DNA from: Chara braunii
Lineage: Eukaryota; Plantae; Charophyceae
Reading direction: 5' to 3'
NCBI GenBank assembly: GCA_003427395.1
Contig: BFEA01000036.1
Location: 4,123,214-4,187,213 of the forward strand
DNA: 64,000 nucleotides
A model generated the notes under the pieces. That model was not told the origin of the DNA, did not search any database, and worked only from the letters and a program-made list of their open reading frames with translations. The translations under genes and the position numbers were made by a program. Below are positions 10,871 through 22,045 of the stretch, one piece after another (positions within the stretch are counted from its first letter, which is position 1; each line of letters starts with the position of its first letter).

Positions 10871-11051
10871 ACCCAAGAGCCTAGCTCAGTGGGTACACCC
10901 ACGAACTGTTGAAAATACGGACCCGTGTTCGAATCCAGATGATGGAACTTGATGAGTGAAGTTGTAAAACCAACTATTTCTGAATTGCCTGAGGGCTGGT
11001 CAGCTTAATGATGATATCTCAAGGCCGTTGCCCTTTCAAAAAAAAAAAAAA
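10871..11051 (+). mobile_element. tRNA-derived SINE
   Basis: A box TAGCTCAGTGG, B box GTTCGAATCC, poly(A), TSD ttgagcagc; three further copies in the window. Confidence 0.9.
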
Positions 11052-11132
11052 TTGAGCAGCTTAACCAACAGTACATTTACCCACTAAGAAATCAAATATG
11101 CGGATTGTATATACAGCCACAACTTTCAGAAA

Positions 11133-11247
11133 GTACCGGGGCACCGTTTCACCGGATATCCGTCCACTGGCAGGCAAAACAGGTCACATTCTAAGGGCCT
11201 GGCCTGTTTTGCCTGGATGGATATCCAGCGGAACAGCGCCGCAGTAC
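11133..11247. repeat. ~115-bp imperfect palindrome (MITE-like hairpin)
   Basis: Arms ggatatcc..caggcaaaacaggtca and tggcctgttttgcctg..ggatatcc, with gtac ends. Confidence 0.7.
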
Positions 11248-11271
11248 GTCCCAAAACTGCCATGATCCCCC

Positions 11272-11590
11272 TTAAAACGGACATTTTTTGTATTTTTTGC
11301 ACAAATTTCAAGAAACCTAATTATTTGGCCCTTAAAGATGTCACTGGTCCATCTGGACTTAGCTGTCCAGATGCATACAAGGGGGTCACTGGTCCATCTG
11401 GACTTAGCTGAAGTCCAGATGCATCCAAGGGGGTTTAGTGTTAAACTTTTCAGACGATGGCATTCTTAGGGCCAAATAAGTAGGTTTCAATTTCGTTCAA
11501 AAAATATAAATTGTTAGGATGGCATTCTTAGGGCCAAACAAGTGGGTTTCAATTTCTTTCAAAAGAAATATTTAAAAATATAAATTGTTA
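11272..11590. mobile_element. Foldback MITE, same family as 31402-31666
   Basis: Shared taaaacggacatttt and tatttggccc / gggccaaata inverted arms; right arm duplicated. Confidence 0.65.
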
Positions 11591-11865
11591 GAGTCGCAGC
11601 TGTATACACGCCTCTACTCTGGAAAAAAATAGCTGGGAAACGTAGTGGTGGTCCACAGTTTCCAAAGTTCCAAGCCATGAGTTGCCTGCAAGGTGCACCA
11701 GTTAACACACACTGACCATAAATTCCCGTGGATGTACCGGCCAGCCTGCAACCAGCTGCATTCATTCATTGTGCAAGAACTGTCAGAAGTCTGTGCAGCT
11801 GGGAAACCCCGAAACCAACTCAGTGGTAGTCCACACAGCTGCAAAGGCTGAGGGCATACTCACAT

Positions 11866-12356
11866 CAGAGTCACATGGGGACCAAAAGCCTCAAAGCTTT
11901 GAGGCATTTGGTTCGGGTTCTCTTAGGCATTTGACCCCCGCGTGGTCACACGGGCAGACATCGTCCAGAAAGGACGAAGTCGCGACCCTGACACTTTGCA
12001 CTCAGGGCTAGTGCGCCCAGTCACACGGGGGAGGACCAAACAACAAGATGGAATTTCTTTTAGTTTTTTTCTCACGCCAGTATAACGCGCGGGGCTTCGC
12101 TACAACGTAAATGTTCCTGGTCGCACTTTCAGTTGTTTGGCGGGCTGTCTTTCGCGAACATAAAAAAAAAAAAAAACGAAAGGTAATTTGAGCCACCTCC
12201 GGAGGTGGTCTCAAAAAGGGTCAGCCCATGGCCCCTCAGGCCGCTGACAGAAGGGTCACCGTTTGAGGCAACTGGGTAGCGAGCCTCTCCAGTGTGACCC
12301 GAAAAACGAGTCAAATTTTGGGATTTTGGGTCTTTTGGTCCTTGTGTCCCACAATG
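11866..12356. mobile_element. Non-autonomous DNA-transposon-like element
   Basis: Imperfect long inverted ends (ggaccaaaag/cttttggtcc; ggtcacac/gtgtgacc); no TSD seen. Confidence 0.45.
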
Positions 12357-12384
12357 TCTTATTCTGATACTCTCTAAATTCAAT

Positions 12385-12521
12385 CTGTACATGGGACGCT
12401 GGACCCAGGTGTTGCTCCCCACCAATAGATGGAGCCTCTCCCCAGGTGCTAGTGGTGTCTGCTCTTATCAGCACCACTAACACTGGTGGGGGCGTGTTTA
12501 AATTAAAAAAAAAAAAAAAAA
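12385..12521 (+). mobile_element. LINE family A 3' tail
   Basis: gggacgctggaccc..ctccccaccaatagatggagcc, stem-loop and poly(A); matches the 3' UTR end at 28590-28740. Confidence 0.85.
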
Positions 12522-12600
12522 GAAAGGTCTTTGTGTGAGTATGCTCTGAGGCCAGAAGGAAAATCCTGCCTTACCAACTGCACTGCAAAAACGCTAGTAC

Positions 12601-12770
12601 TTTTTTTTCTTTTTTTCTTTTTTAATAACATTTACAAGGCACAGCTAGCCTAAGGGGTCATGGTGAAAGCATATACCCCTAGCTATCCTTGCATGTGACT
12701 CCAATCTATTGGTGGGGAGTATCACCTGCTGGAAACTGCATCCAGCATCCCATGACAGAATACAATATTG
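12601..12770 (-). mobile_element. LINE family A-like 3' tail
   Basis: Poly(T) followed by tctattggtggggagtatcacctgctggaaa. Confidence 0.7.
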
Positions 12771-12834
12771 AAAGCAAATTAAGGAAGAGCCAGAGTTGCC
12801 TCTTCACCCCTGGGCCCTGGCAAATTTTTCCAAC

Positions 12835-13520
12835 ACAGCAAAATTGAAAGCATCCCTCTTTGGACGTGCCTTGGTGCTAAACAATGTGATCTTCGCAACA
12901 CTATGGTTAAAATCCCTCCTGTGGCCCCTGAGCAAACCGGTTTTAAGAAGCCTTAAAGGAAAAGCAGCGGCTTTCTTATGGAGGGGAGATGGAGAGCTGA
13001 CCAACGCAATAAGTTGTGTGGCCTGGAACTTAGTCATACAACATACAACCGAAAGCAGGGGGAGGTCTGGGGATAATTGACCCCGCCACGCAAGTGCACA
13101 CGTTGCAAATCAAATGGATCCAACAGCTCATCTTCATCCCCCAAAACCCATGGTGTGTCTTAGCTTTGGAACATCTGGCTCGCTTGGCCCCAGCAACCCC
13201 CCGTACGGTCCACCCGCTGACCTGGCTGGAGGATCTTTTCTGGGCAATCCCAAGAAAACTCCCACGCGGCAGGGTGGGTTCGGAAGAAGGAGGGCAGAGG
13301 GTGGATAGTTTTTGGCCATCCCTGCTGCAAACCTGGCGGAAGCTACCGCTCCCGGATAAGGTCTGTCCCGACTGATGGGAAGAAATCTATCGCCAACCCC
13401 TGTTTGGAAATAGATGGGTGACAGACACGAGGGGCTGTGTCATGACAAGCTCATCTTCGCCTTGGAAAAGTTGGGTGAAAAATGGAATACTCAAAGTAGG
13501 GGATCTTTGGGACAATGAAG
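12835..13520 (+). pseudogene. L1/Tx1 ORF2 fragment (post-RT region)
   Basis: SLFGRALVLNNVIFATLW, VAWN, VHPLTWL and WVKNGILKVGDLWD are collinear with 35660-36330. Confidence 0.85.
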
Positions 13521-13744
13521 CGGCGCTGGACGGCAACAAGCGGCGGTGCGGTGCGATGGTGGGGGGAGGGAATTCGGGGAAAGAGGTAGGTGCTGAAAGG
13601 CAACGAAGGGCATGGAAGGTCTGTTCCCCCCCGGACTACCAGTGAGGGGTCACCGGCAGGTTCAGTGGTTTTGTCTTGCTACGTGGCAAGTGAGGGGTAA
13701 GTGAAGCCACTGTCCGTTAGTCCTTATTGTTCAGTCCTTTTTTT

Positions 13745-14137
13745 GATGGCCGAGATAGTGGCTACGAATCCCCCCCGGCGGCGGCCAAGCGCGGCGAAGT
13801 CCTCGGCCGTGGCTAGGTCCGAACCCCGCGGACGTGTCCACGCGGCCGCGCAACTTTGCGGCCACATGGCGGCCAGTGGGGAGGGGGGTTGGGGATTTGG
13901 GAAACGCCATGGGGCGGCGCAACCCCAGCCCCACCCCCTCAAACAAAAAACAAAAAANNNNNNNNNNNNNNNNNNNNNNNNNNNNNNNNNNNNNNNNNNN
14001 NNNNNNNNNNNNNNNNNNNNNNNNNNNNNNNNNNNNNNNNNNNNNNNNNNNNNNNNNNNNNNNNNNNNNNNNNNNNNNNNNNNNNNNNNNNNNNNNNNNN
14101 NNNNNNNNNNNNNNNNNNNNNNNNNNNNNNNNNNNNN

Positions 14138-14173
<36 letters not shown>

Positions 14174-14252
14174 GTGGTGGGGGAGGGGTCGCACCACCCC
14201 CCCGCCACCCACCACGCGCGTGCACACACACACACACACACACATTCAAACA

Positions 14253-14289
<37 letters not shown>

Positions 14290-14320
14290 ACACATACACA
14301 CACATTCACACACAAATATT
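13745..14320. repeat. GC-rich repeat with (ATTG)n and (CA)n, spanning a gap
   Basis: Paralogue of 6720-7330. Confidence 0.7.
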
Positions 14321-15104
14321 AAAAGGCCCCGGAAAAAAAAGATATATATATTTTTTTCCATTCCTTGATTGTCTCCTTAGGACAAAAAAAAAAAAAAAAC
14401 CGTAAAAATGAAGAATACAAAGAACTGCCAACCAAAAATCCCCCCCCCAAAAAAAAGAAAATTTTTAAATTTATTTTTCAATTTTTCTTCTCCACCTCTT
14501 CTTTTTTTTTTTTATTATAATTCTAAAAAAATATTTGTTTCCAAAAAAAAACAATATCCCTACAACCCCATATTATTTTTATTTTTTTTTACCCATTATT
14601 TAATTAAGGAAAATGCGGTAAAAGATACGTCCGCGGCGCGAACGAGATCAGCCGCCGACGCGGCCGTATATACGGTCGCCCTCCGAGCTCAACCCCGCGG
14701 GTGTTTCATAGGAGAGTGGCCATGTGATGGCTGAGTTGCCTTCGGGCCAATAAAGGAGGAGGTGAAGGTTTGGGGGAGACAAAACACATCATGATGAGAG
14801 GTTAGTTTATATGTTTTGATCCATAGTTTTGCTCTTCGTGGTTTGAGTGACCCCCCTTTTTTTTTCGTTCTGATCTCATTTTTTGGAAGTAGCTTCAAGA
14901 TAGTAACCTGATTTCGATTTTTAGATGATTGTAAACCTGTCTTTTTTATTCTAATTTCTGGTTTTTGAATTTAACTTTTTGGATTTTTCTATTTGATTTT
15001 CTCATGACAGGTAGCTTTAGGTTTTTCAATTCTAATTTGATCCAAGAACTGCGGACTCATGAATGAATTCAAAATTTTCTGAGTAATTTCTGATTTGATC
15101 CTAT

Positions 15105-16326
15105 TGTTACGATCCTGGCCACCTTTGGAGCCCAATGCCGTCCAATTGCAAAAGAAATGAAAGCACTTGAGAGGAGAGAGAGGGAAAGAAGAAGAAGAAT
15201 TAGGAAGAAGAAAGAGATGATGTACTCCAGCATAGACCAAAGACAAAGCTCTTCTTCTTCGCTCAACAACCTCCTCCTCTTTACCTCCTCCTCTCTTATT
15301 CAAACAATAATAATGTTGAACAGCTGAACCAGAATCAATGTCCAAATCCCACTTCTACAGCAGGCACAAGATGAGGTCCACCATAGCCATGGCAGCCCTT
15401 CTTCTTCCTCCACGTACAGGCCGAGGCTATGGCGGACTAATGAGGCTTCAGCCTCCGATACTAAAGACAATCCCGCATTCTGCTGTGTTTTCTAAGTCTG
15501 TCTGTGTGTGCGTGCTTGTGACCTGCATGCCTCTCTGAGTGCTTGTTGGTATGAGTGTGTGTGGGACCCGCAAGGGTACTTGCTTGTTTGGTAGGCCCGT
15601 AGGGCCGGTACTTACCTGTGGCCGTGGCATTGAGGGTTGTAGCAAGGAAAACACTCAAGTGGCGAAGCTAGCGGCCCTGAGGCCCTTGGGGTAGCGGAAA
15701 AACACTCAAGTAGGCCGGTAGGCCGATACTACACCCCACTGCAGTTGGCGTGACGGGGTACTGGAGGCCGAGCAGAAAAAGACAAAGTTGGCATTTTTAG
15801 AGTCCAGTAGAGGCAGGGTAGGTCTAGGCCGGTACCAGTCCAACCAGTCTGAGTCTAGAGCCCGTACGGGTAATATCAGGGTCTGCAATGATGTTTCCCT
15901 CCGAAACGGAGGAGGTACCGGTTGCTTGGAGAGACCGAGCGGCCTGAAAGTCACCGCCCAGGAGGCAAGTAGGCCGCTATATCAAGAGGCAGGGCAAAGA
16001 GCCCGGCCTCATTCTTCAGTGTGCGAGTTGGGCGTCACGCTGCTGGAGCGCTAGGCGGAGGAGCGCTGGGCTCTACAGCGCTGCTGGGAGGAAGAAGCCG
16101 GGAACTTCCACCTTGGCTATGGTGGAGCTCAGCCGGTAGGAGGAGGAGGGAGAAGGGGACCGAGGAGGAGAGTGGTAGGGGACTCACCTGGCTATGGTAG
16201 ACACCATCTTCATCTCCTTGCTAGGCGCTGCATCAAGAAGGCCCCGGTTGGGGTAGTGCCGCATCAAGATGGGCAGAACTTCAGAAATCAGCAGTGTTCT
16301 CAGTCTGTGTTTGACGGGTCATTACA
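15105..16326 (-). repeat. 3' LTR (internally inverted at 15471-16268)
   Basis: TGTTACGATCC...GGTCATTACA; ends collinear with, and middle reverse-complementary to, 23364-24777. Confidence 0.95.
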
Positions 16327-16338
16327 CTACCCCCCCCT
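16327..16338 (-). promoter_or_regulatory. Polypurine tract
   Basis: Minus-strand G run ending in TAG abuts the 3' LTR. Confidence 0.9.
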
Positions 16339-16367
16339 CAAGAGCGAGGTCCCTTCAAGCGAGTAAC

Positions 16368-19300
16368 TCAATCAGAGTCCTTGCATAGTGCATCATAGGT
16401 GTAGATAGCAAAGAGAGATCGGGCGTGTTCCGTAGGAGTCAGAGTAGCAGTGAAATTTGGTTGCTGTTCAGCATTTATCAATCGTTTGTAGGCATTAACG
16501 ACACGCAGTGCACTCTGCAGTAAGTCTTTCCTAGCAATCCAATAGAAATCGTCCAACGGATGGTACAGAAAATGAACTTTATACTGTCTATTTCTCCCCT
16601 TCCCACTGTGTTTGACAATCCTATCAACCTCATAACCGCCATTGATTGCGCCGGGAATCATTGACTCTCGGTACTTCAACGTTTCAGGTGGTTCATACGG
16701 GAACAATTTTGATGCATGAAAGACTGGGTATGTGCGCAAATGTGCAGGCACATCAATCGTGTAGGAAGGACCGAAGGAATCACTCCCTACCTGGTTCAAG
16801 ACCTGCCACGGACCGTAGTACTGAGGAAGAAGCTTTCGTGATACACCTTCTTCTTCAGAAAACTCAGACATTTTGACCCAGACGTAACTTCCCACTGTGA
16901 ATGGTGCAGGCTGGCGCTTTTTGTTAGCATGTTTAATCATGGCACTGCGTCGCCTGTCCATAGCTGCGACAACAACTTTGAGTAGGCGATCGAACTTGGC
17001 GGTGTAGCCTGGCTGGCCAGCTGTTAGGCCATGTGGCTGATCAGGGAATAGATAAGATACAGGATTGCGGATTTTCCATCCAAGATGCAGCCGGTTAGGC
17101 GTCATCCCGGTGGAGGAGTGGATGGAGTTGTTGTACAACCCCTGCACAATCGGCAACTCCTCATCCCAAGAGTTCTGATCAGGTACAATTAGAGCCCTGA
17201 GAAGCTGGATCACGGTCTGGTTGATTTCCTCCACCAGTCCATTGGCTTCGGGGTGTCGCCCAGACGTCATCTTGAGTTTCATATCGTAGGTCTGGGAGGT
17301 GAAATCTTTCCAGTCTGCGCTTATGAACCTGGTGTCCCGATCACTCACAAGAGTTTTCGGGGGGTCATAATGTAGCACGTACCTTTTGTTGAACTCATCG
17401 ATAACAAGGTCAGTTGGGGCGTGAGGTGGCAAGGGAATCAGATTCAGAAATTTCGAAAACCGATCAATGATCACCATCACTTGTGAATAACCGTTTCTGC
17501 TCTTCTTCCCCATGTCCGTGAAGTGAATGGAAACAGACTCACCCGGACCATCAGGGATAGGAAGAGGGTGCAGCAGCCCATAGGGCTTCTGCCGAGACGG
17601 TTTGATGCGCTGACAAACTCCACACGCGGCCACAAACCTTTGTGCCATCCTTTTCATTCCAGGCCACACAAACTTTTCCATCAGATTCTCATATGTCTTC
17701 TCAACACTGAAGTGTCCACTCCGGCCATGAGCCAAATCCAAGAAGTGAGTGATGATTGGCTCGTGGTTGGGTACACACAACCGGTCATGCTTACCGTAGC
17801 GTCGGAAGAGAAGACCCTTACATTCATGGAAATCAGGCTGACTACTAGGGTCAGCCCGAATCTGCTCAAGGATGGGACTGAGTTCCGGATCCTTGGCAGT
17901 ATACTCGATGAGCTCCTCCTTCAGATCTTTACGAAGGTCGTAGGAACCCGCAAGGCAAGTTATATATTCAGGGTGGCAAGACAAAGCATCCGCAACATGA
18001 TTATAGCAGCCTTTCTTGTGTTTGAGTTCAAAATCATACACATCAATCTCATGCAGTCATCTCGTCAATGTGGTTGATGGGTTAACCTGTGTCTGAATCC
18101 ATTTCAAAGTCTCATGGTCTGAGAACACTTTAAAATGGCGACCCAAGAGGTAGTGTTTCCAGTGGTCTAGTGCCTCTCTCAAGGCATAGAGCTCCCTCAT
18201 GTAGGTGGAAGCGGCTACCTTGTGGCTGGGCATGCGTTTGCTGTAATATTCGAGCGGACGTAAGCCATCACCATCGTCTTGCTGCAGCACCGCACCAATC
18301 CCATACAAACTCGCATTCGTAGTTACTACGAATGTAAGCTTGGGATCTGCAATGCGGAGTACCGGATGACTCACCAAAACCACTTTCAACGCTTCAAAGG
18401 TTATTGTGCATTCTTCATTCCATGCGTAGGACACATTTTTGCTTGCTAGTCTAGACAGCGGACGGGCGATGATAGAGAATTTTGGCACAAACTTACGGTA
18501 GTACGACGCAAGACCAAGAAAAGAACGCAACTCGTGGGCATTCGCAGGTTTGGGCCACTTTTGGATGACCTCAACCTTGGTTGCCTCGGGCTCTAGGCCT
18601 GCAGCAAACAACCGATGTCCAAGGTAGATGACGTTGTCCCTTCCAAACTCAGATTTCTCCAAGTTGAGATGGAGTTGCGTGTCCTTGAGGATTTGCATCA
18701 CTTCCTCAAGGTGTCTCATATGCTCCTCCATCGATTTGCCGAAGATTAGTATGTCATCCAGATAAACAACAACAAACTGGTTAATCTGATGGCGGAACAC
18801 TTTGTCCATGAGACTTTGAAAGGTGGTTGGCGCATTCGTGAGGCCGAAGGGCATGACGGTAAACTCGTACAGCCCATCGCGAGTTTTGAATGCGGTTTTG
18901 TGTTGGTTTGTAGGATCGACTTCAATCTGGTGGTAGCCAGATTTGAGATCAATCTTGCTGAAGACTTTACACCCACCTGCAACATCAAGCAAATCATCAA
19001 TGCGTGGCAAAGGATAGGCATTCTTTCTTGTGATCCGGTTCAACCCGCAGTAATCAATACACATCCGCAACTTACCTCCTTTCTTAGGGACAAACAGAAT
19101 CGTTGCACCAAACTCCGACTCACTCGGCTTGATCCATCCCTTCCCAATCATTTCATCAATCTGCCTTCGCAACTCCTCCAATTCGTCTGGGCCCATTCGA
19201 TAGACATAACCCTTTGGAGGAGTGCTACCTTCAATCAATTCGATCCTGTATCGGACCGGATGCACGGAGACGCCATGCGGTTCGGCCAAGACGTAAGGAA

Positions 19301-20276
19301 ATCGGTTGAGAAGGTTGCGAATGTCCGGTGCGATTTCCGGAGGGGGATCATCACTCTCAGGAGCAAGCATGTCAGTTTGTACAGGTGCAGCCAAAACAAC
19401 AGGATTAGAAGTAGAGCCATTTGGACTAGAGATAGACTTAGTAGAGGTAGAAGTAGTTGCATCCGAGGTGGACACAGCATGCAAGGTAGAATCATTATGT
19501 ACAGCAAAAATAGAAGGCACATGAGCAGGCCTAACAAAGGCTATATACATTTGCTCATCTGTTTTGCGCCAGCGCCACTTTTTGCAGAATTGCATTGCAT
19601 TGAGAAAGGTCACTTGGGACTCGCGTGGCTCATCCAAGAGGACTGGACGCTCGATTCCCATGGCATCTTTGACCATGAATTGTGAGTCCTTCCACGTGGT
19701 TCTTTCACATTGGGTCTGCAACCAGCCCAAGCCAATAACCGCGTCGAAGGGGCACTGATCAAGGACATAGAAATTTAATTCATGCGTGATTGTGCGGTCA
19801 GCGTCAAAGGTAGTACGCACACTTTTGGCTGCATGCGTAGATGTGACAACCTCTTGGTTGCCTACTTGGGTCCGACAAGGATTCTGCAAAATCACTTGCT
19901 TCATCCCCAAGCATGTCTTACGAATGCCGTGCGGTGAGAAGTAGTTGGCGGTTGCGCCACAATCAGCCAACGCACGGATGTAACGGCCATTAATCTAGAG
20001 TTTGAAGAAGATCAACTATGTTCTCCCTTGGGCGCGTTCTTGCTTCGTGTGAGCCCAGCGCGTCAACAGAGAATGGAAGTCAATTTCTTCAGACTCTACC
20101 CAAAGCTCATTGTATAGGATGTGGATCTTCTCAGCCTTGGAATCAACATCAGATGGGGTTTCAGGAGAGGTTTGCTGAGTGGGATCAGAATCCAAAGAAG
20201 AATCTGTACTTACGTGTTCAGCCTCTCCATCCGTAGAGTGTGTTGATGATGCCTCTACCCCCATTGCTGGTTTCCC
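16368..20276 (-). pseudogene. pol: Gypsy Pol (protease, RT, RNase H, integrase, chromodomain) with in-frame stops
   Basis: ALADCGAT; LPRIDDLL, MPFGL, YLDD; TNASLYGIGAVL (D>N); HHCC zinc finger, SDRD, YYGPW; YEVDRIVKH...YKVHF chromodomain. Single frame, with stops near 20016, 19996 and 18057. Confidence 0.95.
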
Positions 20277-22045
20277 TGCTGCAATCTGAAACAGTGTTGG
20301 ACTGAATGTCCCGGTTTGGTGCAATGCAGGCAAGCTCCTCTCTTCACTCTGTTCTTCCACTCACTTTCACTAATCCGGAGATCTACCCATGGTTTTGTGG
20401 CAGGATCTTCCGGTTTTTATGGAATCTTTGCTCCCTTGGGAAGAAGGATAGTGTTAGTGTTGTTCTTCATTCTGGTCCTTAGTCCCTTGTTTTTAAAGGC
20501 AGTCTTCTTAAAGGCATTCATGGATTCCTCATCATTCACCAACTCAGACTCGTGGGCTGACGCAGAGCATGATGCCTCACAGCCTTGCTCTTGATCGTCA
20601 TCAAGAGAAGGGTTGTCTGCGAAGATCTCCTCTTCATCCTCTAACAGATCGTGTGCTACCAAACGGTTGCTGCCAGAAAACCGTTTGCGGCCAAGGGCTC
20701 TTTTGCCACTTGATCCACCCGGGAGGTCTTGTGCCTCCAACTTGACTAAATCCCGCATGAGGGAAAACCAATCTGTATATTCCGCGAGTCTGAGGCCCAG
20801 GCGACGGATTTCAGCAGAGGGGACTGTTGCTTTTATCACATCCAAGCAAGATTGTGCAGTCATTTCCAAATTAGGAGTCGCAAAGAGCTTACTGACATAC
20901 TGCTGCAGGCTTTGCATGGTGCCAGTCCACTTGCTGTGCTTGAGTTTATCAAGCTTAAGTCTTGCTTTTGCTGCAGCATGTGGATCGGCATACTGTTGAA
21001 TCAAGAGATCCTTAAGTGTGGCTACAGGCGTGGCCTTCAGCCACTTGTTCAGGTCTATACGTTTATAGCCTGCTTGTATAGCTTGGATTTCTAGGAATTC
21101 TCTCACGGCGGGTTCCACATCGGTCCCAAGAACCGACGATTGAGTGACTGGGGGTGTCCCCAACACATCAAAGTAGGACCGCATGGTGCTGATCCATGAC
21201 TCGACATCGTCTTTTCCGTCATATTTCGACGGAATTTGTGTCGCCTTCCTGTCGAGGTAAGCAAAGCTGTTGCCTGGCCCAGCCATTGCTGGGTCCGGGC
21301 CCGGGGCTGCAACAGTTCCAGAAGTCCATGCACCACCACTTGCCGCTGCAGCAGCAGCAGCAGCAGGGTCTGGACTTGCTGCAGATCCGCTTTGGCTGAT
21401 AACCACACTCAAAGAAGAAAAAGAAGTAGAAGGAGAAGAAGTAGACGTATTCAGAGGGGCAAAACTGGACTGACACGCAACATTGGAGGCAGGGTAGGTG
21501 AGTGAAGAGACGATTTGAGCCTGCTGCGAACTAGCAAACTGTTGTAGCTGATCGCGGTGCTGCTGCGCCATCTTGGCCATGTCTTCGCGCAACTTCTTGA
21601 GCTGCTTAAACAACTGTGCGAGCTGGCCAGTATGGTCCTCAACAACCCGGACCCCTGCTAAGGCTCTGAGGAGGGGAACCGTTTTCTCCCCTACCTCCTC
21701 ATCAGTCAGAGCGGACACGGTGCTAAGGACGGCCTCGTGGGCCTGCACCTTATCCCTTCTCTCTCTCTCTTTCTCTTCCTCCTCCCTCTTCAAGGCTTTC
21801 TCATAGAAGAACTGATACTGCGGTTTTTCTGCCTCAGGGGCAGCGTCCATCTGTAGCTTCCAATCTGCTGCAGATGCCATGATGGAGGATGAGGGCGTCA
21901 GTAAGACTCTCAAGAGGGGTCCGTACTTCCTTTCAGCTTTGTAACCAATAGTCCTCTTCCCTCTCCTCACTCCCTCAAGAGCAACACTCAATAGCTTTTC
22001 TCTTTTCTCTCTCTCTCTTGTTTGCGATCGTGTAGACACAGGCAT
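20255..22045 (-). pseudogene. gag: Gypsy Gag with one premature stop at 20417
   Basis: PSKYDGKDDVESW capsid-like motif; reading through the stop gives the zinc knuckle CLHCTKPGHSVQHC and a TAG at 20255-20257. Confidence 0.9.
20270..20276 (-). promoter_or_regulatory. -1 ribosomal frameshift slippery site G GGA AAC
   Basis: X XXY YYZ heptamer in the gag frame; pol is in the -1 frame; a stem-loop follows. Confidence 0.75.

Noticed and set aside
18789-19685. 298-aa + strand ORF
   Set aside because: Antisense shadow of the RT region.
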